Origin: a virus
Strand: one strand, 5' to 3'
Virus record (IMG/VR): IMGVR_UViG_3300009593_004150
Location: 6,361 to 70,360 of that record
DNA: 64,000 bases
Positions 38,382-48,700 of this stretch are shown one piece after another; position 1 is the stretch's first letter; each line of letters opens with the position of its first letter. The notes under the pieces are model-generated. The model saw only the letters and a program-made list of their open reading frames with translations. It was not told the origin of the DNA and did not search any database. The translations under genes were made by a program, and so were the position numbers.

Positions 38382-39998
38382 ATGTCCGATGTAATAGGCC
38401 AACTATCAGGTGAATCAGGTGCTAGTGGGGGAGGGTCAAACCTACCATCAACCCTATACCGTGGTGTCATAATTGACATTATTCATGATCCGTCCCTACT
38501 GGATGAGGAGCAAATAGAAGATTTTTCTGCCATGGTAAAAGAAGCGGCCCTGTTCCGTACAGCACCAAGAAACACATGTATTGTACAGATTGTTACCGGT
38601 GGCCTTGGCCTTACTGAGGAAGATGAATACATGGTATGTTTTCCTTTTTTCCCCCCGTACTTGGGAATGCCGGCCAAGCCTGGAGAACATGTATGGGTCT
38701 TTACAGAAGATCCTAACTTAGGCCCTAATTCCCCTATGGGGTATTGGATCTGTAGGATATCTGAGCCACTGCACATTGATGATTTAAACTACACTCACTC
38801 TGATCGTGCATACGGATCGTTAACTGTTTCTCCAGATGAAGCAGAGAGTGATCCTGTAGAAGAAGATGATAGGGGATTAGGATTTCCAAATGGGCTAAAC
38901 ACCCCTGATGGTGCTAGGCTTAAATCAATAAACAAGTTTGAAGAAATATACTCAGGATCTTTAGGTATGCAATCCGTCACCTTAGAACCTGTCCCTAGGT
39001 TTACTAAACGCCCCGCCGATCTGGTTCTACAGGGCTCAAATAATACTAGTATAACTCTAGGTGAAGATCGAGGGTGGACAAAGGATAACATAGAAGAATC
39101 TACTGCTGCAGAATGGTCTAATGCCACCACCACCGGACCGACAATAGCCCAAGCAGAATATGAAACTCCTCCGGAGGAAGGTGCAGCTGATCCAAACGAG
39201 AGGGTTTTTGCAGGGACAATTGATATAGTCGCCGGCCGAGGCCGGTACTTTCCCGATCCGGATTCACCTTCAGAACTAACAGCTGCTAGGGTAGTAACAA
39301 ATGCTAGAGGTTATGATGAGACCGATAAAAACCCAGTAGGCGTTGGCCATGCAGAAAAGCCAGAGAATAGGCTTGAGACACCGGCTGAGGGAGATCCAGA
39401 TTTTTTTAATGATGCATCAAGAATGTATGTATCTATGAATACATTACCAGATTTAAATTTTAGCATTACATATCCTGATATTCCTCCTGTTGGTGATCCT
39501 AACGATGGCGAGGCTATAGAAATTTTAGAAGAGTATGCTGAAGGTATTGGTCAAGCTGCAATAGTTCTAAAGTCTGATGAGGTAAGAATAATCGCTCGCC
39601 AAGATGTAGATCAAGATCCGCCAATTCATGGGTCGATTACTTTAATCAAGGAAGGTGAGCCTGATGATGAGGCTGGTGAAGGAAGAGGGATTATCACCAT
39701 CCGTCCTGACGGTGTCATTATGATTGATGGTCCTAAGGTTGTAATAGGTTCTGGAATTGAAAAAGATTTTGGCGCCGGCGCCCAAGTTTCCCTAGGCTTA
39801 GCCGCTACGGAACCTATGTTGTTGGGAGACTTATTCATCGCTGCAATTGACAAGTTTGCAAATGCACTCTTAACAGACGTAAATACGTCGATATCAAATC
39901 TAGGCGCACCAATATTAATGCCTAACCTAGCAACAAATGTTTCAACCCTTAAGACAGACATGGATAATGCAAGAAGCAAAATTGCCAAGCTATTATGA
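38382..39998 (+). CDS. Putative baseplate hub/spike (gp5/Vgr-like OB-fold N-terminus)
   Basis: PFFP...PAKPGEHVWV...YW, DLVLQGSNNTSITLG; position before gp25-like gene. Confidence 0.6.
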   Translation: MSDVIGQLSGESGASGGGSNLPSTLYRGVIIDIIHDPSLLDEEQIEDFSAMVKEAALFRTAPRNTCIVQIVTGGLGLTEEDEYMVCFPFFPPYLGMPAKPGEHVWVFTEDPNLGPNSPMGYWICRISEPLHIDDLNYTHSDRAYGSLTVSPDEAESDPVEEDDRGLGFPNGLNTPDGARLKSINKFEEIYSGSLGMQSVTLEPVPRFTKRPADLVLQGSNNTSITLGEDRGWTKDNIEESTAAEWSNATTTGPTIAQAEYETPPEEGAADPNERVFAGTIDIVAGRGRYFPDPDSPSELTAARVVTNARGYDETDKNPVGVGHAEKPENRLETPAEGDPDFFNDASRMYVSMNTLPDLNFSITYPDIPPVGDPNDGEAIEILEEYAEGIGQAAIVLKSDEVRIIARQDVDQDPPIHGSITLIKEGEPDDEAGEGRGIITIRPDGVIMIDGPKVVIGSGIEKDFGAGAQVSLGLAATEPMLLGDLFIAAIDKFANALLTDVNTSISNLGAPILMPNLATNVSTLKTDMDNARSKIAKLL

Positions 39999-40009
39999 GA
40001 GATTAAGAT

Positions 40010-40885
40010 ATGTCAATCCCAGCCCCTATTGACGCACCATTTACTGCAGCCATTGGCGCAGCAGCTGCATGCATGCCTTTAGAATGTCCTGAACCACCTG
40101 AAGATCCTGAAGAAGGTTATGAACCTTTTGGCATATGTAACCTAATGTTAAAACTGGCCTTAGGGTCTATAGCACCTTTCTTACCAATGCTGAATATCGT
40201 ATTAGCAGTTGACCTCCCCGGAATTATTGAACTACCAGGTTTGGCAGCGGAGCTACCGGCCTTGCCATTTGAAATGATAGCCGGCCCAGACCTCCCGCCA
40301 ATCCCAATTCCGGACATAGGGGTTATTGGTGGTATGGATATGCCTGAACTTCCCGCGTTAGGAGCGTTAGTTTTTGGGTTATTGACTTTGCCAATTGATC
40401 TCGCAACCGGCTTGTTGTCATTTGATATTCCTGATCTTTCTTTCGACGGGATGTTAGACTTAATACTTCCTGCTATCGGCGCTGCCCTAAAAATACCGGC
40501 GTTAATGATACCGACAATAGGGCTTTTAGATTTAGCGATATGCTTTGTTGCATTACTATTATTTCCTATCTTGGCCATACTTGGCTTAATGGCCCCTGTT
40601 CTTGACGCAATTGGCCCTGCTAGCGACGCCGGTTTGCCAGTTCCGGAGCTACCAGAGCTTCCGACACCGGAGGACATTGATAAGATGAAAAAAGATATGG
40701 AAGAGATGACAGATGAAGAAAAGAAAGCTAAGGGCGAAGCAGCGCTAGCACGCCTCGTTCAAAAAGAACAAGATGAAGAACGAGCAAAAAGACAGGCGGC
40801 AATGAATGCTAGCGGAGACTCAGGCCTGAAAGAAAGAAAGAATAAATCTTGGAAGCCAGGGATCGGAGATGATTTCTATGGGTAA
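40010..40885 (+). CDS. Pro/Leu-rich hydrophobic protein with charged C-terminus
   Basis: ORF within baseplate gene run. Confidence 0.65.
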   Translation: MSIPAPIDAPFTAAIGAAAACMPLECPEPPEDPEEGYEPFGICNLMLKLALGSIAPFLPMLNIVLAVDLPGIIELPGLAAELPALPFEMIAGPDLPPIPIPDIGVIGGMDMPELPALGALVFGLLTLPIDLATGLLSFDIPDLSFDGMLDLILPAIGAALKIPALMIPTIGLLDLAICFVALLLFPILAILGLMAPVLDAIGPASDAGLPVPELPELPTPEDIDKMKKDMEEMTDEEKKAKGEAALARLVQKEQDEERAKRQAAMNASGDSGLKERKNKSWKPGIGDDFYG

Positions 40886-40942
40886 GATTAGCCTAAGAAT
40901 CTCGTAAGGTTGATAATTAGTTACTAGGGATAAGGAATAGAA

Positions 40943-41461
40943 ATGTCAGAATTTGATGAGTACTGGTACAAAAGAAATAAATCTGCTGCAGTATATGACT
41001 TTAAATCTGTTGGTACAAAAGACACAGAGATTAAAGAACAGATCACACCGTGGTTTGAAAGTGCCGATCCAATCGGCATTAGAACACCCTTGGCAATAGG
41101 TGATGGAACGGACGGCTTGTTGTCTATGCATAAAAGTCTTCAAGAACAAATTCATGATAATTTTCGAAACCTGATACTAACTAATCATGGCGAAAGGTTA
41201 GGCCTCTATGATTTCGGTGCCAACCTAACTGAGTTATCTCATGAGTTAGGTTCTGAAGGTATAGACAATGAGGCAATAAAAAGAATATCAGTTGCCACAA
41301 AGAAATATGCTCCTTTTATTACGTTGAAAACGTTTGAGAGTTTCGTCGATAATCGTGATAATGAGCATATTGCAAAAGTAGGCATTAGGATCAGATATGA
41401 TATCCCACAGCTTGGTGTTAATGATAAAGCACTTGAAGTCATAATATACACAACTGGATAA
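40943..41461 (+). CDS. Baseplate wedge protein, gp25-like
   Basis: NFRNLILTNHGERLGLYDFGANL. Confidence 0.85.
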   Translation: MSEFDEYWYKRNKSAAVYDFKSVGTKDTEIKEQITPWFESADPIGIRTPLAIGDGTDGLLSMHKSLQEQIHDNFRNLILTNHGERLGLYDFGANLTELSHELGSEGIDNEAIKRISVATKKYAPFITLKTFESFVDNRDNEHIAKVGIRIRYDIPQLGVNDKALEVIIYTTG

Positions 41462-41465
41462 CAAG

Positions 41466-43331
41466 ATGGATAGAACAAAAACAAAAGTTAATAAACAAAT
41501 AAAGAAGCAAAGAAAAAGAAGTTATCTAGCTCGTGACTTTGACTCGTTCAGGGCTGAGATATATGACTATGCTAAAACATATTTTGGAAAAAATATATCA
41601 GACTTTAGTGAAGCTTCTGTCGGTGGCCTATTCCTAGACATGGCTGCAATGATAGGTGATAACCTATCATTTTATTTAGATCATCAATTTAGGGAACTCA
41701 GCTGGGATACCGCTGTTGAACAAAAGAACATTATCCACCACCTCCGGATGGCCGGTGTTAAACAAACCGGTGTAAGCCCAGCGGTTGTAGAAGCAACATT
41801 TTCGATGGTTGTTCCGGCAGAAATAAACTCCGGAGAGTATTCACCTAAGATTTCTTTACTTCCCACTATTGGGGAAGGAACTATCCTCGGTGCCGGTGCA
41901 ACAACATTTGCGACAACTGAACCACTCTATGTTTGGGAGACAGACCAAGCCGGCTCTTTGAAGGCTAAGGTTACATTAAATGAGTCAGATGACGATGGTA
42001 ATCCTAAATCATTTTTAATTGAGAAAAATGTTATATGCATTTCTGGGAAGGTTGATTCACAATCATTTACGATCGGCTCAGCACATAAACCATTCCGAAA
42101 GATTGTGTTAGGCAATAGGGATGTTACTGAAATTATATCAATTGTTGATGCTGATGGCAACGAATATTTCGAGGTTGAGTCGTTAACACAAGATACGGTA
42201 TATAAAGGTATTTTAAATTTAGATGAAGATCAAAATCTGGTAAATAAAAATCTAGAGATTGTGCCGGCTACCCACCGCTTTATAACTAGCGTTGATCCTT
42301 CAACTAGGCTAAGAACGATACAGTTTGGTTCTGGTGACGCAGACTCATTAGATGATGATATTATTCCGGATCCTAGCGACTTGTCAATACCTCTTTATGG
42401 AAAAAAGACTTTCCCTAGGTTTTCAATTGATCCTCAATCAATGCTTAAGACACAAACATTAGGCATATCTCCAAGGAATACAATTATAACAGTCAAGTAT
42501 CGTCATGGCGGAGGTACTTCGCATAATATATCAAGCCAAGTCCTCCGGCGGATTAAGACAATTCATATATCTTGGCCCTTGTTACCTTCTCCTACCCCAG
42601 AAGAAACGGTTGATGTAAGGGACGTAAGGAACTCCATGGTTGTAACAAACGATTTTCCTGCTGCTGGTGGAGCAAAGGCTCCTGATATTGAAGATCTACG
42701 TGCACAAATACCTGCCGCAAGAACACTACAGTCAAGGGTCGTAACTAAAGATGATCTTCTAGCTAGGATTTACACACTACCATCAGACTTCGGGCGTGTC
42801 TTTCGAGCCGGCATTAGGCAAAATCCAAATAATCCTTTAGCTGCTGAACTTTATATTATCTGCAGAGATAATAGGAACCAATTAACTGTTGCTCCTGATG
42901 CACTTAAGAAAAACTTGCGTAAGTACATTAATGAATACCGCCTAATATCTGACGCTATAGAAATTCTGGATGCAAGAGTAATTAATTTAAGGGTAGAGTT
43001 TAGTGTAGTTGTAGATCCAAGCTTCCAGAAACCGGCAGTGATACAAAAAGTTATATCCAAACTTAGGCCCATACTGCAAACTAAGATGTTTCAAATTGAT
43101 CAACCAATTATAAGAACAGATTTAATGAACGCTATAATCAATACACCTGGCGTTCTTTCATTAACGGACCTTTCAATTAATTGTTTAAGGGGTATAGTTG
43201 ATGAAAGAGTATACAGTAACACTAGTTTTAATGTTATTCAAAATACGGCCAAGGGATTGATTGTTGGCCCACCGGGTTCTATTTTTGAGATAAGATATCC
43301 GAAGCATGACATTATAGGCAACGCTACATAA
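41466..43331 (+). CDS. Baseplate wedge protein, J/gp6-like
   Basis: YLARDFDSFR, DFSEASVG, LSFYLD, QSRVVTKDD, FG.V. Confidence 0.87.
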   Translation: MDRTKTKVNKQIKKQRKRSYLARDFDSFRAEIYDYAKTYFGKNISDFSEASVGGLFLDMAAMIGDNLSFYLDHQFRELSWDTAVEQKNIIHHLRMAGVKQTGVSPAVVEATFSMVVPAEINSGEYSPKISLLPTIGEGTILGAGATTFATTEPLYVWETDQAGSLKAKVTLNESDDDGNPKSFLIEKNVICISGKVDSQSFTIGSAHKPFRKIVLGNRDVTEIISIVDADGNEYFEVESLTQDTVYKGILNLDEDQNLVNKNLEIVPATHRFITSVDPSTRLRTIQFGSGDADSLDDDIIPDPSDLSIPLYGKKTFPRFSIDPQSMLKTQTLGISPRNTIITVKYRHGGGTSHNISSQVLRRIKTIHISWPLLPSPTPEETVDVRDVRNSMVVTNDFPAAGGAKAPDIEDLRAQIPAARTLQSRVVTKDDLLARIYTLPSDFGRVFRAGIRQNPNNPLAAELYIICRDNRNQLTVAPDALKKNLRKYINEYRLISDAIEILDARVINLRVEFSVVVDPSFQKPAVIQKVISKLRPILQTKMFQIDQPIIRTDLMNAIINTPGVLSLTDLSINCLRGIVDERVYSNTSFNVIQNTAKGLIVGPPGSIFEIRYPKHDIIGNAT

Positions 43332-43341
43332 GGGAACAATC

Positions 43342-45705
43342 ATGTATTTGAATATAACAGCTAGCAAAGACACATACATACATAACAAGATTTTAGCAAA
43401 TCGGTATAGGACATCTGACTCGAATGTAGGTGTCGCCGGTACGTTAGACTTATTTAAGTTGTACGGAGAGTCTTCGCTTCCAGGAATTGAGGCTGCAACA
43501 CAAAGCGAAATAGTTTCTGTGTCATTCCCAGATCACGAAGACTCAAATTTAGATGGGAAATACTTTATACTATATGACGAAGATGATACAAAATATTATG
43601 TATGGTTTAACGTCACTGGTGCCGATGAGGTCTCAACAGATCCTGTCGTAGCTGATTCAACAGCAATCCCGGTATCGATACCTGACGGCTCTTCGAAGAT
43701 TGCCATCGCCGCGGCAGTAACTTTGGCTTTTGACGCATTCCCAAAATTTTCGGTGAATGATAATCTAACTGGAGAGATTGAGATTACTGTTGTTGCAAAG
43801 GCCCCAGTTCTAAACGCTGCTAACGGAGACATATCTAGCGAAGCCTTTGAATTAACTGTTACGCAGCAAGGCATGAAACCCGGGACATTTAATTTAGATA
43901 TTGATGCAGACGGCACCCCGGATACTGCTATAGAGCTATCCAGGGTTTTGTTGAATTTTGACCTATCTGAATTAGGAGATTTTTCTACTTTAGATGTTAC
44001 TGATACTGACTTTAAAGCAACCTTGAGGTTGTTTGATATCCTAGACGGCCAGATGGCTCCAACAAATTTTAATGTTGAGTTATTTCCCATGGCTAAGACA
44101 TTTACTGAAGGCATAGGAAGGGACACAGGGGCATTTAATGATTTAGACATATGTAACTTTGTAACATCATCTTATTCATCCACACCCGTCTTATGGGGCA
44201 CGCCTGGTGCAAATAAGAAAGGTATTGTTGGCGACGGCGAGACTGATAACGATGTTTTTGCATCTGGCTCTGAGGGTGAACAATATTATGTCTCAAAGGA
44301 GTTCGTAGAGGGGACGGAACCATTTACCTTTGATGTAACTAACATTGTGAAAGCAATGGCAGTTGGTGATATTACTAACCATGGCTTTAGAATCTCATTT
44401 TCTGAACTTGAGGAGCAAGACGGCAAGACATATTTCTTGAAACGCTTCGCGTCACGTCACGTACTAAATCAATATTTAAAGCCCCGGTTATGCATTTCCT
44501 GGAATGACTCTTACCGTGACAACAGTAAAAACGCAATATTTGATACTAGTACCACACTAACATTTCAGAATACAGTTAGAGGCACCACTGAATTTGCAAC
44601 TGATTATGAATACACAGTGGATGGCACTAGTGATAGCCTGGCTTTGACTATATCTACCGGTTCATATTCACAAACCTTTGCTGCCTCACATGCAACTGCC
44701 TACGGTACTTTAGAAAAAGAAATTGATGGTATGTATGGCACGTCATTTACTATTAACACCCTAGATGATGGTGAAGATCGCACCGTTAGCTCACAAGAAG
44801 AAATAATCAGGATAGAGCTAGTAGACCACAATGAGGATTCTGAAAATCTTATAGGATACTATTTTACGATATCTGATAATGAAGCAGTGCCCTCAACTTA
44901 CGATTTCTGGTTTGGTTTAGACGGCGATGATGCCCCTGCCGGCGCAGTTAATAATCCAACCCAAATAACAATTACAGCTTCAGACACTAGTACTTCAATC
45001 GCAACAACTACAGCGGGCATAATAAATGCCGTCAACGGAATGTCTGCAACTGTATACAGTTTAGGTGTTGTTCATGTTACACTAGACACCCCGGGCCTAC
45101 CAGCTAGTCTTGCATCTACCGGTACCGTTGATGATGATGATTTTGATGTGGTAAGGTACCAAGAAGGAAATAACATTACCCTCCAAGAACACATCATAGC
45201 TTCCGGCTCAATTTCATTTGACACAACCTGGTCCGGTAATTCTTCACCCGACGGTACCGGTACTGAAGTTACCTTACTAACCGGCTCTTTAGACATTAAT
45301 ACGGCCTCTAGATCGGCATTTAACGCAACGCGTCGAAATCTGGTGTTTTCTCTGCTTAATGCTAAGCAATCATATAAAACTAGCGAGAAGGCAAAGATGA
45401 GGGTATTCTCACGAGACTTAAATCAAGAACTCCCTTCTGCGAAGGTAGCGCTAGAGATTGAAAGTGCAATATTTGATCAGGCATATTATAGGATTAGAGA
45501 TGTTGTGTCTGGTGACTTGATTATTCCTTTCGAACAGGATAATAATGGCACTCGGCTCTCCACTGATTCTGCTGGTATGTATTTCGAGCTAAATATGTCA
45601 TCGCTGTTTCCCGGGAGATCATATACTGTCGATTTGTTAGTTATAACAGACGGCAATGAGTCAGTTTTTGAGTGTAAGAATACTAGGTTTAGGGTTGATA
45701 TATAA
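43342..45705 (+). CDS. Large virion structural protein
   Basis: ASKDTYI start, two copies of a YF..D...(Y/F)xWF domain, LSTDSAGMYF C-terminus; baseplate context. Confidence 0.7.
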   Translation: MYLNITASKDTYIHNKILANRYRTSDSNVGVAGTLDLFKLYGESSLPGIEAATQSEIVSVSFPDHEDSNLDGKYFILYDEDDTKYYVWFNVTGADEVSTDPVVADSTAIPVSIPDGSSKIAIAAAVTLAFDAFPKFSVNDNLTGEIEITVVAKAPVLNAANGDISSEAFELTVTQQGMKPGTFNLDIDADGTPDTAIELSRVLLNFDLSELGDFSTLDVTDTDFKATLRLFDILDGQMAPTNFNVELFPMAKTFTEGIGRDTGAFNDLDICNFVTSSYSSTPVLWGTPGANKKGIVGDGETDNDVFASGSEGEQYYVSKEFVEGTEPFTFDVTNIVKAMAVGDITNHGFRISFSELEEQDGKTYFLKRFASRHVLNQYLKPRLCISWNDSYRDNSKNAIFDTSTTLTFQNTVRGTTEFATDYEYTVDGTSDSLALTISTGSYSQTFAASHATAYGTLEKEIDGMYGTSFTINTLDDGEDRTVSSQEEIIRIELVDHNEDSENLIGYYFTISDNEAVPSTYDFWFGLDGDDAPAGAVNNPTQITITASDTSTSIATTTAGIINAVNGMSATVYSLGVVHVTLDTPGLPASLASTGTVDDDDFDVVRYQEGNNITLQEHIIASGSISFDTTWSGNSSPDGTGTEVTLLTGSLDINTASRSAFNATRRNLVFSLLNAKQSYKTSEKAKMRVFSRDLNQELPSAKVALEIESAIFDQAYYRIRDVVSGDLIIPFEQDNNGTRLSTDSAGMYFELNMSSLFPGRSYTVDLLVITDGNESVFECKNTRFRVDI

Positions 45706-48700
45706 TGGCTATTACATCAAAATCGCGTCTGTTCACACCATCAGTCGTTAGAAGGATAATATCATCTAACACTCCGGTGACAAAACAGACGGCAAAGGAT
45801 AAGATTGGATCTGATGACCACGATGACGATCGTGATTTTCGCCTAGATGGTCCTGGAGAGGGAATCAAGTCGACGCAACAATTAAATGTTGATTGGTCGA
45901 AGTTTGAAAACCACACATTCTTTAATTCCGCAGAAGCTAAGGTCAACGTTGCATTTGACACAATCATCAACAATTACCCATTTGATGGTTCTAGGAAAGA
46001 AGTAGAAGACTTCTTTAACAAACTTACAGGCTATGAGAGATATGTTTTTGATAATTTCCCAAAATCTACTGGCGCCTTAAATTTTGGAAATGACCTAATT
46101 CTGAATGTATCAGACAAGTCAGGAGCATTATTTCCTTCGTTGTCTAAAAAGAAAGGTGAGGTTGTCCTAGATCCAGGTGAGGAATCTATCTCATTTGAGA
46201 CGCATGTTTTTATACCATCTGGTGTGCCAAGAAATATTGCGGCCGGCCACACTGAGGAGTATAACGGCAACCAGGTGATCTGTCAAAAGATTGATGCACT
46301 AGGCACCACCGGTTTTACACTAGGGCTTTTAGATTCACGATTAAAAAATGTACTCGAACAATTATCAGATAATGATGGTCGTTTGCTTTGGTATATACCT
46401 TCGGGATCACCAGACGACCCTTTAACTACTGACGTAGATGAGTCTTATGATACTCTTTCTGCTGAAGAGGCAGGGTATACAGGGCTAAGTGCTGATGGTA
46501 TGTACTGGTCAGAACAAGAGTGGGCAGAATCAAATGGCTATGATCCTGTTTTGTACGAGCGCAAAGATGGGTTATCTTCATGTGATTTAATATTCCTAGC
46601 TTCTTCTGGCTCAAACCATCTCTCTGCATCAATGGAGCTACCGAAGGGGACATGGTCACATATATGTGCAACGTATGACAGGGGCATTGGGCAAAACAAT
46701 CTTAAGCTTTACCTAAACGGTGAGCTTAAAACAACGACTTTAAAAAGCTACAACATGGATACTTTTTCACGTGCTTTAGATGAGTCTGAACTTCATCCGA
46801 ATGTTGAGCCATTTTCATTTAAAGTTTCTAGTCTCACCTTGGGAGGGGGTTCAACTCATTTCCATGGTACCTGGCCTGAAATTAATGAAGTTGATTGGTC
46901 AAGCGTAGACGCTTCACATGACGGTATTCCTGATGATCGGTATACTGCTTCGCTAGCACCTTCGGTTAATTTTACCCAGCGCAATGATAATACTCCCCTA
47001 TCGCCTCTGAGAGACTGCTTTACCCCGACAGAGTTCTTTTCTGGCTCCCTAGACAATTTTAGGGTCTGGCATTCAACTAGGTCTGAGAATATCCTTAAAG
47101 ATCTTTCAAGGGGAGATGTATACTCTGATACACCAGGCTCTTTGAAGTTATCGTTTAAATTTAACGAGCCCTCTGGTGACTTTGACTCTAAGGATTTAGT
47201 ACTTGATTCATCTGGAAACGCGCTACACACTAAGATTATTAATTACTTTGATGATTGCAGGAATCCCTTGTTGAACCTCAATCCCATAGATGCTTCTGTT
47301 GGTGATCCGGATGATCCATCCCTTCCCAATATCACCCATGAAAAGCCATCATTGAACCCGATCCTATTTCCATCTTATCCCGATGTTGTTTCTTTAAACA
47401 GGCGTTTTATTGATACTGCTTCATGGTATGACACGAATAATCCAAACCTAATAACAAACTTGGTACCAAAACATTATTTTGCCGAAGCACAATCAGAGTT
47501 TGGGTTGTCTGAGCTATTTACCGACGCTGAGACAATAGGGTTTAATCCAGCACAAGATGTGCCTGGTGGTTCACAAATAACATCTCCTCAAATAATGCAA
47601 TCATTATTGTTTACTTGGGCTAGATACTTCGACGAAATGAAGATGTTCTTAGATCACTTTGGTAACCTAATGAATGTTGATTATGAGTCGACTGAAACAA
47701 TACCTGAGAACTTTCTTCCATTCTTGTCTAACTATTATGGGATTACATTACCAAAGACATTTACTGATGCATCACTATCACAATTTCTAGAAGGTGAAAA
47801 TATAACACCTGACCAAGGGATATCAGAGCTAAGTCTTCAATTTGTACAAAACCAGATCTGGCGTAGGATACTGGTGAATATGAACGAAATACTACAATCA
47901 AAAGGTACTATTCATGGCATTCGGTCACTGTTATTATCTATGGGTATATCTCCAGATAAGCTGTTTAGATTTAGAGAGTATGGGGGCTCTAAGGATACTA
48001 CATTAAATGATGTAAGGAAATTTAGGGTTGAAGTATCTTCAATGCTTGATTTTTCAGGCTCCCTAGCCGGTGTTAACGAACACCGTCCTGCTCCAGGTGT
48101 GGGTAATCCGTTTAGCTATGTGCACAAACCGTTAGTTAGCCCATGGGATGCAACCGTTGCAGACGACTTAACATCATTGCCGGTTCCTTTGCCGGATGAC
48201 TACAAGAAAGCACCTTTTATTACTCCGTTTATAATGTCACCATTCCTGTCAGGTTCAAGGGTTGAGATAGGCCCTTGCCTTCCTGATACAGATATACCTG
48301 TTGCTGAAGCAACACTGACACTTGATTATAGCTTACCACCTGACTCTGCTTACTCTGATGTTACTCCACGTTATAGGGAGTCGGCAGGGTACCTTTCTGA
48401 TTCCTTGTTGCTTGATAAAAAAGCATTCCGAATTAAAGATACTGACTCCAACTTATATACACTACAGTTTAGATGTTTTGATGACACAGAGATTTTGCCT
48501 GAAAATATTGAGATTGATATTCGTAGCATAGAGGACAGAATAGATATTGCTCAAAAAGTTGTTGAGGTTATAAACAACGAGACACCATTTATTTCATATA
48601 ATATTTCGGAACAGAATGACGGAATTATAAAGATCATTCAAACTTCCGGCGGAAGGGTAGGTAATTATCCGGTCGAGTTGTTGCAAGTGCAAGAAGATTC

